Shown here: one piece after another, positions 1 to 11,717 of the stretch
How positions within the stretch are numbered: position 1 is the first letter of the stretch
How the letters are laid out: each line of letters opens with the position of its first letter
Assembly: GCA_964188305.1 (NCBI GenBank)
Contig: OZ076893.1
Reading direction: 5' to 3' (one strand)
DNA from: Podarcis bocagei
Taxonomy: Eukaryota
Length of the DNA: 64,000 bases
Notes under the pieces: generated by a model
Told to the model about the DNA's origin: nothing
Database searches by the model: none
Seen by the model: the letters and a program-made list of their open reading frames with translations, nothing else
Translations under genes and position numbers: made by a program

Positions 1-204
1 AGTTACCATCTTTGCCTTGATTGCTTGCATCCAAGACTGTGTCCTCCTTACCAGGGACAAGACACAAAATAATCAAAAAAAGCACATGGCCAGCTGATCT
101 GCCAACATCGTGGGGAATGTTAGTCTCCAGGTCACTACTGAATGGGAATGGAGGGAAATGAGGTCATCGTGAAATTCTCCATCATGTGATCTGGTACTAC
201 AGAT

Positions 205-490
205 GGATAACTCAGTTGGTTAGAGCGTGGTGCTGATAATACCAAGGTTGCAGGTTTGATCCCCATATGGGGTGACTGCATATTCCTGCATTGCAGAGTG
301 TTGGACTGGATCAGCCTTTCTCAATCTGTGGGCCCCCAGATGTTGTTGAGCTACAACTCCCATCACCCCTAGCTAGCAAGGCTCAGGGATGATGGGAGTT
401 GTAGTTCAACAACATCTGGGGACCCACAGGTTGAGAACCGCTGGTCTAGATGGTCCTCAGGGTCCTTTCCAGCTCTATTCTTCTATTATT
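205..490 (+). mobile_element. tRNA-Ile-derived SINE with CR1-like 3' tail, interrupted by a hAT MITE
   Basis: Head GGATAACTCAGTTGGTTAGAGCGTGGTGCTGATAATACCAAGGTTGCAGGTTTGATCCCC resembles tRNA-Ile (A/B boxes). Tail GGACT.GAT...GGTCCTTTCCAGCTCTATTCTTCTA is CR1-like. A second copy lies at ~45012. Confidence 0.8.
312..443. mobile_element. Palindromic hAT-type MITE
   Basis: TIRs CAGCCTTTCTCAA / TTGAGAACCGCTG; internal palindrome CTACAACTCCCATCA..TGATGGGAGTTGTAG; degenerate 8-bp TSD GACTGGAT/GTCTAGAT. Confidence 0.8.
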
Positions 491-503
491 GGTTTTATCT
501 GTA

Positions 504-753
504 GAAGAAGAAGGAGTTTGGATTTGATATCCCACTTTATCACTACCCGAAGGAGTCTCAAAGCGGCTAACATTCTCCTTTCCCTTCCTCCCCCACAACA
601 AACACTCTCTGAGGTGAGTGAGGCTGAGAGACTTCAAAGAAGTGTGACTAGCCCAAGGTCACCCAGCAGCTGCATGTGGAGGAGTGGAGACACGAACCCG
701 GTTCCCCAGATTATGAGTCTACCTCTCTTAACCACTACACCACACTGGCTCTC
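504..753 (-). mobile_element. Squam3-type tRNA/CORE SINE, full length
   Basis: Minus strand starts GAGAGCCAGTGTGGTGTAGTGGTTAAGAG (A box), has B box GGGTTCGTGTCTCC and CORE-like GGGTGACCTTGGGCTAGTCAC, and ends in a (CTT)n tail. Confidence 0.8.
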
Positions 754-2659
754 TGCAACAAATCACCACTTAGGGACCAATCACATGCTGAGATCCAATG
801 AGATGAGCAGCTTAGGATGTTGTAAATCTGTGGCTCCACCAGCTGATAGACAGCTCAGTTGGCATTAAGTCCCCAACTCTGACTTAGGCCAGTGTCATTT
901 GCTCATCCTGGCTGATCTGGAGCTGAGCCAGGATGCAGTTGGCTGAGCAGAAGCTGGTCTAGGTCCCCCAGAGGAGGGGCATTTGGGGGCAGGACCAGAG
1001 AGAGGGGACTTAGGCTAGATCTTAAGCCTGTTCAGCTCAACCATGCGGCCTGGCAACACTGTGTAGTTGTCACTATTCTGAAGGCTTGTTTTCCCACTGC
1101 CAGGGAAGAGCAGATCAGCAGCAGCCCCACTGCTGAACATAGTTTGGATCTGGTGTAGCTTTAAATTGGCTTAATTTACACTGGCTTGCATTATACCGGC
1201 TTTTCGTGCACACAATTGCTCCCCCAGGGAATGGTTGCTTTTACCGAGGAGGTACAATCAGCAATTTTTGCACACATCTGTATGTGGTGTGTGCTGAAAT
1301 CCTTCTTACTAGGATGAGTATGAGACAGGCAGTCTTATCACAAGGGTGAGAGGACCCATCAACAGATACGATAAAAAATAAGAAGTCCAAAATAAGGTCA
1401 AAAAAACACAATTTTCGTATCTTGTTTCGTATCTTGTTTTTGGTAAGGAAGGCGTTTCAGGAACAGGGCTATTTTGTTTGTTTGTTTATAGAAACATTTA
1501 TAAATTGCCTTTTGGTCCTTTATAAGAACCCCTCAAAGTGGTTTGCAACAATAAAGAAACAAACTGGATACAATAAAAGCTAAGCACAATAAAACTAGTA
1601 TTAAAATGTAACAAAGAAAAAGAACACCCAGTAAAGCTAAGATACAGTTAAAACCTATTTAAAACCAGGTGGAAAAATAATAATGTATTGACTTCCCACC
1701 TAAAAACCATCACTGAAAGAGCTAGTCAGCTGCTGGGATGCAAATCATCTGTTTCACCTATTGAAGCTTATAGTTATGTCTCCTCTCCCACCATTTCTTG
1801 TCTCCCCCAACCTCCTCCTTTCTCCTGATGCCCTCTAGAGACAAACCTCTGAAAAGCAATCTGGGAAAAGACTGTAGCTATATAGATCCAGCAACAGACT
1901 ATGGGAAATTAATTCCAGGTAAATATTGATCTGTATTCACCCTCAAAGATAGAGAGAAGTATCTTTATGTAGGTAATACTGCAGAAGCCGTTTGATATTT
2001 TGACTTTTAAAAATAAAACTTTCAGTTTGTTGTTACAATGCAAACTTGTAACAACACCGTTCAAAAGTTGTGCTGGATGAAGAACTTTCATTTATGGCTT
2101 TAAAAATTCATCCTAAAACTTTACCAACTTGGCTAAATGCCACAAGAGGGTTTCAGTTTGTTAATCCACTGATAAAGATCACTAGGTACATATTGACATG
2201 AATAATACTGGAGAAAAGGCAATATTTTTTTCTCGTTTCAAGGCTCTGCAGATGAAACAAACTTTTCACACAATTCCAATAACAGTTATGTTCAGATTTA
2301 CCTTTTATGCTGTAATACAAACACAAAAACTGAGTAACTTTAAAAATGTGAGATCAAGCTATGCAGTCAGATGTGTATTTAGGCTTAGAGTCCCTGCATT
2401 ACTCTTTAGTGGGTTATTTACTTTCAGTTATTTAAATAAGCAAGCGCTCTCCATGGGGCTTCCAAGCACACACAAAAGATGAATGTTTGTAATCCCAAAC
2501 ATACAGACCAGAATGCATTTACATCTTGTATAAATTGTGAAGAATTGTGATAGAATGAAGAACATTTTTTAAAATTTTTGCGGTGGGAGGGAGCAAGTGA
2601 GTTGACATGTTTCAACGAAAAAGCATTGCGATGACACCTCAATAATAGGACAAATTAAC

Positions 2660-2690
2660 CTGCCTCCTAGCGGTGTAAAATGGCACTGAA
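2660..2690 (-). promoter_or_regulatory. Candidate CTCF site with upstream (U) motif
   Basis: Minus strand TTCAGTGCC-ATTTTA-CACCGCTAGGAGGCAG resembles the upstream TGCAGTNCC motif plus core CCASYAGRKGGCRS. The CpG is retained. Confidence 0.5.
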
Positions 2691-3092
2691 GCATTTCTGA
2701 AACAAAGCTAAGCTCTTGAGTAGCTTAGCACAATCATAAAAATTAAGTGCCAAATATCAGTCAGTCATGGATGCTTCTTGGTCGATGCTTACATATAGAA
2801 GTTAAACTCTGTAAGTTATTTACACCCCACTCTTCTGTTTGTAGTGCACTCAGAGTGGCTTCATAGCATTAGAAATACAGAATAGATGCAGAAATTCACT
2901 TTTCAAACATGATCATACGTAACCCCAGAAAGCAAGTTGTAACTACTATTAAAAATTGAGTATATAGTCTTAAGCTCTGCTTAACGTTTTCATGTTTATT
3001 TTTTTCTAAATTGATATAAAAAGTTTTGTTATTCTCACCATTTTGGATCTTTGACATCCATGGACATATCTGAAAACTGGAGCTTGTGTTAG

Positions 3093-3108
3093 GGCCATCA
3101 GAGGGCAC
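3093..3108 (+). promoter_or_regulatory. Candidate CTCF core site
   Basis: GGCCATCAGAGGGCAC, one mismatch to CCASYAGRKGGCRS. Confidence 0.45.
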
Positions 3109-3373
3109 AGGGGACTATCTTTGACTAGCACATTTTGAGTACTTTCGTGTATAAACGTGGTCCCTCCAAACAAATTGTTCAAACCACCCAGAAAACATCA
3201 GTGAGCAATTGCACAACTATCTAACAAGTGAGAATAGATTCTAATGAGGCCCAAGTCAGCAGTATGATAATACTTTTGCTTCAAAGAAACTGAAGTTGGG
3301 AGTTAAACATTGCTGAATTGTGGCTGAACTAATGCCCTCATTCACAGATAATACTAAACACGGGTGGTGCTGT

Positions 3374-3676
3374 GGGACGCGGGTGGCGCTGTGGTCTAAA
3401 CCACAGAGCCTAGGGCTTGCCGTTCAGAAGGTAGGCTGTTTGAATCCCCATGACGGGGTGAGCTCCCGTTGCTCAGTCCCTGCTCCTGCCAATCTAGCAG
3501 TTCGAAAGCATGTCAAGTGCAAGTAGATAAATAGGTACCGCTCCAGCGGGAAGGTAAATGGTGTTTCTGTGCACTGCTCTGGTTCACCAGAAGTGGCTTA
3601 GTCATGCTGGCCACATGACTCAGAAGCTGTCTGCGGACAAACGCCGGCTCCCTCGTCCTGTAAAGCGAGATGAGCG
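3374..3676 (+). mobile_element. Sauria SINE (Squam1), 3'-truncated
   Basis: GGGACGCGGGTGGCGCTGTGG head and conserved body; the (ACCTTT)n tail is missing. Confidence 0.9.
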
Positions 3677-4161
3677 TACATTCTTGTACATATTAGCACA
3701 TAGAAGAGCAAATCTTGTTGATATATCATGGCGAATAATGAGCCAAGCACCATTTGAATAGGTGCAATCGTTGTCATATAATATTAAATTAACAGAGCAC
3801 TGGCAAAACATTGCATTAGAGGGGCATTTTAAAGAGGGTCATGTTATAGATATGAAAAGGATATTGCTCAAAATGGGTTAAGAATCCAGCAAGATAATAA
3901 TTTAGAATCTGTGTTTTTCATTCTCTCCCATCAAGTGGCACTAAGCCTGCCATGTCTTCTGCAGTGCTTTGCACTGTGGTCTTCTAACAGCTTAATAGCT
4001 GATCTTGGAGCGGTACTTTCCAATCCTGAACAACCTTTTTGGTTAGATTTAATCCTACTGGCATGCATCATGTGCATTGACCCATCACACAGATTCATCT
4101 CTACAGAAGTGCTGCCTGGCCCTACTGCTGCTTCCCCTACCTGTGCCACCCACCCTGCCAC

Positions 4162-4288
4162 CATAAGAACATAAGAGGAGCCTGCTGGATCAGGCCAGAT
4201 ACCTGTGGGAAACGCGCAAGAACAAGAGCACGCTCCCCTCCTGCGGTTTCCAGCAACTGGTATTCAGAAGCATACTGCCTTCCATATA
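4162..4288 (-). mobile_element. CR1 LINE 3' fragment
   Basis: CATAAGAACATAAGAGGAGCCTGCTGGATCAGGCC is the reverse complement of a CR1 3' tail; homologous to 38752-39080. Confidence 0.75.
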
Positions 4289-4615
4289 TATATTTTTTTA
4301 ATAAAAATTTTATTGGGTTTTCACATTTTATATTGACATCACAAACACACAAAGACAAAGACAAACATGTATAATTTCAAATCCTTACTTTCTTAACCAC
4401 ATTCTCTGACTTCCCCGCACCACCCCTTCATACATCCTAATTCCAATAGTAGGCTCAGCAAGTTCTTACTTTCATCTTCACAATATTATTGTAATCATTT
4501 TTTTTAACTTAGTTCTTCTTAATTAACCAATTTTAACTTATACATCAATTATAATCTTTACATCCTTTTCTAAGGTCGACCTAAATTCCCTTCCACAAAT
4601 TTCCCAATTTTAAAT
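4289..4615 (-). mobile_element. L1-type 3'UTR fragment with A-rich tail
   Basis: Perfect 18-bp TSD CATACTGCCTTCCATATA (4271-4288 / 4616-4633); T-rich plus-strand end with TTTATT; homologous to the L1 piece at 55164. Confidence 0.75.
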
Positions 4616-5429
4616 CATACTGCCTTCCATATAAGGCATTCACGTCAACTTTCTGGATCCCATAGTTACGTCACGCAAGCAATGCAGACCAACTTATACA
4701 GGAAACCCTGTCTACCCTTACGCCTCAAGCTATTAGCTGCAATGCATCACAACATCCATTCTCTTACAGTCTGCTAATGAAATAATGGCATGTTCAGATG
4801 CAAACCACACTGTGTTTTAATTAAACCCACCATGGCACTTAGGGTAAAGGGAGGGTAATAAATCGTAATAATATTTTGACAATTTGTATTCCTAACCTTT
4901 GGAAGAATTCAGACAGGCAATGTACACTTGCAGCTGCCAGTCCAGAACAGCTCTGGAACGCCTTCTACAAAAACAACCCGCATAAGAAAACAGGACTCCC
5001 TTTGTTACATATATCTTGAAGGTGAAGGCACTGAAGTGAATCGTCAGTACATGCAGCCTATCCTTGAAAGTGATGACAACTGAGAAGCAGTAGATGGTAG
5101 ATCCATGACAGGCTACAGGCAGCCACCCAACTTGAAATTAGTCCTGACTGGCAATCAGATGACGGCGGGGACATATTGTCAATAGTAGAGACAAAATGGT
5201 AAGATTCTGTGACCACTTGCAACTAGCAAATCTTCCTCAAGTTGCTGGGAGGGCGACCCTGGCCCAATTGATTCATCTACTCTTCTGATGAATGAAAGCG
5301 GCTGTCAGATCACATTCCTTACTAAATGGTCATGGAATTCTATTATCCTGTGTCTACCTCAAGTCACAAGACCCTGTGGTGAACCAAAGTAACAGCCATG
5401 CCCTTTTAAATGCTGAGAACACTGTTTCA

Positions 5430-6278
5430 GGGCTCAGCAAGATGCTGGGGTAGCCTGGCTGCAGTAATCTATGTTCTGACAATTTAAAGGTTAGATTAGA
5501 TTACTGCAATGGGGATGCCTTTGAAAATGGTTTGGAAACTGCAGCTAGTGCCTTATTGTTATTGTTATTAAGATTTATATACTACCCTTCACCATAAGAT
5601 TACAGGGCAGTTCAGAACAAAGAATGCAGTCATGCAGTCGTGGACAGACTTGAAGCATGTTGCTGACCTTGGCAGAGCAGCACTGTTTTCCTGCACATTT
5701 CTGAGGCCTCATCCACTCCATGCATTTAAAGCACTCTAATACCACCTCAAGAGGTGGATCTCCAAAGAATTTTGGGAGATGTAGTTTAAGGGTGCTGACC
5801 TCACAGACCTACAATTCCCAGCACCATTAATAAACTGCAGTTCCCAGGTTTCTCCCATGTCCTGAAGTGGAATAAGAGTGCTTTAATTATATGGTGCACA
5901 TTCAGAGCACCTCTCCTGGTATATAAACCTACCCAGACCATTTGGTTTTTGTCTCTGGCAGCCCTTGGAAAGAGATTTGGAGGGTGGCAACAAGGCCTTT
6001 TTGGCTGTGAATCCCTGTCTGTGGAATGCTTTTGCCAGTAAGGTCCCAACCTGCCAAACATCATCAGCACCCTTTAAGCACCAGGTTAAAACCTTTCTTT
6101 TCTCCCAGGCATTTGGTGGCTTATGTCAGGCTTGCTGATGGCATACAGAGGGAAAGAGTCTTCCTTCTTAGAGTTTTTTGTTGTTTTTCCGCTGGGTTTG
6201 TTCAAAACCTTTTATTGAAATACAATATTTTATATGCTATGTCTTCTGGGATTTCAACCATTTTGTAAGTTGCTTTAG
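5430..6278 (+). mobile_element. Degenerate L2-clade LINE 3' region with inserted old palindromic element (~5703-5905)
   Basis: TTAGATTACTGCAAT (LDYCN) and AAACTGCAGCTAGTG (KLQLV) motifs, CTGTGGAATGCTTTGCC (LWNALP), L2-like tail. Confidence 0.55.
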
Positions 6279-6385
6279 AAACTTACAAAATGGAAGTAAA
6301 AATGGGAGCCCCAGTCTCCTCCCAACAGTGTTGGAGGTGTAGGAACTTGTAAGCTAAAGGTTCATGGTGGCTTATCCTCTTAATG

Positions 6386-6508
6386 CAGGCTTCCTCAACC
6401 TCGGCCCTCCAGATGTTTTTCACCTACAACTCCCATGATCCCTAGTGGTCAGGGATGATGGGAATTGTAGTCTCAAAACATCTGGAGGGCTGAGGTTGAG
6501 GAAGCCTG
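6386..6508. mobile_element. Palindromic hAT-type MITE
   Basis: TIR CAGGCTTCCTCAACCTC / GAGGTTGAGGAAGCCTG; 8-bp TSD TCTTAATG/TCTTAAAG. Confidence 0.85.
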
Positions 6509-7974
6509 TCTTAAAGCTTAGCCATGTGAAGTGGGACGATGTCTTATCAAGGATGTCCATCAGCAGTTTCAGGCAGAGCTGTTCCTGTTTAAGAAAAATA
6601 ATGAAAATTCACCAATCTGACATAAAAAGCAGAAATATCAACAAGTCCACGAGTGAACACTTTAACTTTATGCGGCCATTCATTCACAGGCTTCCAAGTA
6701 GCTATCCTCAGAGAAATTAATTCAAGTGGATGGATGGTTCGTGAAGTAGTGGAACAAGAACTGATAGAAAATTTAATGGTGTGAACTAAGGCTTCAACAG
6801 AGATTGAATTCCTCTCTCATTATAAGAACAGATGGAAGAAATTAAGGTGTATCACTTTAAGATGAAGACTCCGCCAGCAATTCCTTTTAAAATTCAAACA
6901 ACTGCCCTACTATGCTCGCTGTTCAATCTATTTTAGCATCTAAAAAATATCGCACTCCTTTAAAATTTAATGGATAAGTCTGCAATTATTACTTCTGAAT
7001 AGTCATGCATAGGATTGCACTGCACAAAGGGTAGGCAGGAAATCGAAAATCGTGGAAAGAGATGTGGGAAAGGGGCCCCTTTAATTTTGGAGGATCATGT
7101 ATTTCCTCTGTTAGTTCCCCACTAGTCTACCTCTCCTAGCATTTCTAAAAGACTGACAAAAACTGTCAAGGGGAGAAAATAAGATAAAGAAATAGGATTT
7201 TTTCTAACCCAGAGTCTATGACTATCTGAAGAACTTTAGAAAATGCATTTAACAGATGGGGTCTCTGGGAAACAGATCATACTATTTTTCAAGCGGCCAT
7301 TGTCTGATGCTTCTTAGCAAATCTGGACTTACAATAGCAAACAAATGAAAATAACTCATTTTAAGCATTTATCCAGAGACGTTTATTATTGAATTGTCTT
7401 AATATTGACATGAGCATTCATGATCTGTAGAATACTTTATCTCTTCAAGACTTGCATTGTAAGATCCCTGCAAAATGCTTCTCAGTGGCTTAGCACTTGA
7501 TGGTCTGAGACTAAAACTAATTAAACCAAACACAATTTCACTTTTTCTTTTCTTTTTTTTAGGCAATGCCTAGTTATTTCTAGTACATACATTTACATTT
7601 TGTTGTGAAACAAAACCTGATCCATGACGAGCACAAAGTAATCAAATGATATTATTAAGCAGTAGAGGAAAAATGATTAAAACCTGTAACCTTTGAATGT
7701 GCATTGGTGAGTGCTATTTTTGTGAGCATCAATTGCTGAAAAGAAGCAACAAGGTTTTGTTTTGTATTCATTTCTTTGTACTGATGCAATGATACCCTAG
7801 TAAATATTTATTTTGTTTAGGTCAGCACATTAACCCCCCCTCTTCTTGGTTTGTTTGTAAAACTGAGAAAATAATAATGAATTCACTTCAAACCATCTGC
7901 TAAGTGTTCTGAACTTCAGCTTCCCAGCCCTATATATTTGCGTCCACATTTGAGGCAGCCATTGTACATGTGCA

Positions 7975-8535
7975 GATGACAAGTTCATTGCAAATTTTAC
8001 ACATCACTTGGGAAGACAGGCAAACTAATGCCAGTGTACTGGAGGAAGCAAAGATCACCAGTGTTGAAGCAATGATTCTTCAATGTCAACTTTGTTGGAC
8101 TGGTCATGTTGTTTGGATGCCTGATTATCATCTGTCAAAGAAACTACTCTATTCCGAACTTAAAAATGGTAAGCGTAATGTTGGTGGTCAACAAAAGAGG
8201 TTCAAAGACTGTCTCAAGGCAAATCTAAAAAAATGTAGTATAAACACCCAACAATTGGGAAACACTGGCCTGTGAGTGCTCCAGCTGAAGAACAGCATTT
8301 ACCAAAGGTGTCATGGACTTTGAAGACACTCAAACTCAGGACAAAAGGGAGAAGCAAGCTAAGAGGAAAGCACATTTGGTAAACCCTCACCATGATCAAT
8401 TCCTGCTCAGAAACCTATGTCCCCACCGTGGAAGGAAGTGTGGATCCAGAATTGGCCTCCACAGTCACTTACAGTTAAGACTGTGTTCATGGAAGACAAC
8501 CTTACTCAGCTACAAGTGATCGCCGAAGAAGAAAA
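7975..8535 (+). mobile_element. RTE-clade LINE 3' fragment (non-Bov-B)
   Basis: ORF remnant ILHITWEDRQTNASVLEEAKITSVEAMI..WTGHVV.MPD..LLYSEL..GKR..GGQ.KRFKD; C-terminal zinc-finger-like CPH.GRKCGSRIGLHSH; (GAA)n tail. Confidence 0.85.
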
Positions 8536-11221
8536 AGGCTACTAAGAGAAGAAACACACACCTGTCCTATTGTATTTAGTGGAACCTCTTTTGAAAGCTG
8601 AAAACTGGGTTGACCCCGTTTACATAATATCACATACTCAGATTAAGTACAGTTTAATTAGCAAACTGCCAACTCTGATTCTTAAAAAAAAAATACTTAT
8701 GTGTTTAAATAGCACAGCTGAAACTTGAATAGCAATTCTTGTCCTCATTGCTTTGCCTCCCCAGAGACATACAGCAGATTCACACAGCTATTCCTGGTGG
8801 GGAAGTGATTGCAGTTGGTTTTTGGTGTGTGGAGGTACAATCCCATATTCATGCTGCTGTGATCCCAGTGAGTGAAAAAACTCAAACTGTGTCATTCAGG
8901 GGTGGGTGGGTGTTCCTGTGGTTTCTCAATCCACATTTTGACGCACAGAGAGAAGTGGTTGTTGCATGGAGCTGCCTTCAGCTTGGACTTTATCCTTAGT
9001 CAGAAAGGGACCAGGAAAGAAGAAAATGGAGGAGAGGAGGTGGAAATGCTTGCCATATGTCCTGATGGTGCAGGAGGTAGCAATTCCCATTTTGCCTCAG
9101 GTGGTGAAACTGGACAAGGTGTCCCTGTCTCCTGCCACCCATCAGGTGCAGATGTGTAGTAAACTGGTCATCTGCATTGGCTTTTGATATCCTACAAAGT
9201 CGCTTTTGCACTCAATCAGATATTTAGGGAAGTTGTGAGATTCTCCTTGAAACTTTGAAGGAGAATGGCAGAGCAGCTTCTATAGATTACCCAAGTAGCC
9301 CTCTACAGATGACTGGTTTACCAAGTAATTATTAAAAGCAGACTGCAATAAATTACCTACCAGAGTAGTAAATTACTACTTGGTAAATGGTCATCTGTGT
9401 TCACCCAAATATGAGATGGATTTGGAAAAAACAACAACTCAAAAACAGTAAGTTTTCTCAGACAAGCTCATACAAAAGCGTTTTTTGTGAAAAAAATGCC
9501 TATCATCAAAACAAGTATAACCCATGTTAGACTATTTTTTAGATATCTGTAGACTGAGCCTTTGCTGACCTACACATTTCCCCTGAGAACTGAGGAAGTA
9601 CAGACATTGAGATAAGCTGTGCAGTACAACAAGATGCTCTGTTAGCATTTCACTTCCTCCTTTATTCCAGCATTACATCTGCCCTGATTCATAAGGCTTG
9701 CCTTACAAGCTTTGGAGTAACAAAAAAGTGCTGTCTGGTCTTTTTTCCCCTCCATCAGAAAAAAAGCTTTTCTAAACAACTATGCATGCTGCCACATCTC
9801 TGTTCAGATAACATTTTAAGAACATTCTATGAGGCAAAGGATATTATTTCAAGAATAAAGCAGTGCAAAGTACTACTAGACAATACTGACTGCATTACAT
9901 GGTATGTATTTATATGGCTTCTGTGCAATGTTGCTTTTTGTTGCAAGAGTGATTAACTCTGAAGCCAATAGGTAATAGCACACTTAACACAAGCATTGGA
10001 CCCCACCATAGGAATAAGACAGAAATGGTCCTTAGCTTCCTGCAGAATGGAAACTGTATTTCACAATAGAAGTAAAGTCTGCAAGGTGCAGGTGCAATAA
10101 ATCAGATAACGCTGTAAATTATAAAACTACAAAAGCCTCTCCTTTCCCCCTTGCTACTCTGCTTCCTAACCCTTGAAGGAAGGCAGGAGATGGCCACCTC
10201 GTGTCATGACAAAAATGGTGCCAGTCACCGCTGCTTGCTTTTGAGGCTACATCTGCACCAGATATTTAAAGCACTACTAAACCACTTTAACAATCATGGC
10301 TTCCCCTAAAGGATCCTGGTAACTGTAGTGGGGGGGGATCCTCTCTCTTTACATTCTTAACATTTCACCATATGGCTTGTTACTCTTGACCAAAATAGTG
10401 GCTATATTTATGACATGGGGACCTCTCTTTCCTGGCGTTTAGTCTGGCCTTTCAACCATACACAGATTCGTGCTCATTTCCAGGTCTTCTATACTTAGCA
10501 TGCAAATCCCCTGGTAGGCAAAAATAAAAATTAAAAAACCCCACTTTGTGGCTGTTCTCATTGGCTCCTGTTTTCTCATTCCCTGTAGTCTTCTCACAGC
10601 CTCCCTTGTAAGACCTCAGTGGGTGCCAGATGGTGCTTGCTCTTCAAAGCTTAGCTTGGTAGGTATATTTGTGCTTTAGGCCGAACCCAGCTTCATGTTT
10701 CCTGGCTGCAGCCCAGTTACCAGCTTCTTTTGCTAAGACCAAAACCTAATATGCACTGGTTTGCTGACCCTGGATCCCGTCCCAGACCTCCTGCAAACCT
10801 GACCTTAGTTTGTCATTTCTGATTTCATCTATTCTTCGCCGGGTTCCTAATGTGTTTTGCAATGTGTCACACAATGACTCAAGCTGTTACGGCACATGTT
10901 GGACAGCATGGGTAGAAAAAGCGGCATTGCCAACTCAGCTATGTCCACATAATGAGGTCAGGAAAGAGCAAACCTACATTCTCAAATTTCGTATCCTCTG
11001 CTGACCTGGCCATTAACAATATTCTAACTAATTTGCTATAGAAGCATTATAAAAAGTAGGGGTGGAGAAGCATAAGCCAAGTGGTGTGAAGAGGTCCAAG
11101 TCAATGTTCATGAAAAAGAAAGGAAGCAGAAAATGTAACTTTTAAAGAAAAATAAATTATTGCATTTGTTACAAGTAGTTAACATTTGTTACAAGTTAGT
11201 AAACGTGGAGGAGGGCATATA

Positions 11222-11464
11222 CAGTCATACCTCATGTTACGTTTGCTTCAGGTTGAGTGTTTTCAGGTTGCGTCCCGCGGCGACCCGGAAGTACTGGAAA
11301 GGGTTACTTCCGGGTTTCGCTGCTCGCACATGCACAAACGCACAAAATGATGTCATGTGCATGCACAGAAGCAGCGAATCACAACACGCACAGACGCAGG
11401 TTGTCTTCTCATGTTGCAAACGGGCCTTTGGAACGGATCCCGTTCGCAACCAGAGGTACCACCG
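11222..11464. mobile_element. Tc1/mariner (Tigger-like) MITE, family A
   Basis: TA-flanked, TIRs CAGTCATACCTC / GAGGTACCACCG; homologous to 63599-63858 and 32704-32938. Confidence 0.8.
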
Positions 11465-11466
11465 TA

Positions 11467-11717
11467 CAGCCATACCTTGGAAGTTGAACACCTTGCGAGT
11501 TGAACGTTTTGGCTCCCAAACACTGCAAATCCGGAAGTGCGTGTTCTGGTTCGCAAATGTTCTTTTGGAACCTGAACATCCAACGCAGGTGCTGTGGGTT
11601 CCAATTGGCTGCAGGAGCTTCCTGTAGCCAATCAGAAGCCACACCTTGGTTTCTGAACGTTTTGGAAGTCGAACGGATTTCCAGAATGGATTCCGTTCGA
11701 TTTCTGAGGCACGACTG
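11467..11717. mobile_element. Tc1/mariner (Tigger-like) MITE, family B
   Basis: Shares TA 11465-11466 with family A copy; ends GAGGCACGACTG; homologous to 32478-32701 and 57356-57572. Confidence 0.8.

Noticed and set aside
205-275. Functional tRNA gene
   Set aside because: Mutated B box and acceptor stem, followed by a CR1 tail; it is a SINE head.
389-868. 159-aa ORF
   Set aside because: Runs across a MITE and an antisense SINE; composite chance ORF.
3747-3770. miR-29-like AGCACCATTTGAA
   Set aside because: Only a partial match to the mature sequence, with no proper precursor hairpin.
6287-6584. Possible minus-strand exon (EQLCLKLLMDILDK..., 55 open codons once the MITE is removed)
   Set aside because: Interrupted by a MITE, the donor derives from a hairpin copy of an L2 tail, no recognised homologue, and the length is compatible with chance.
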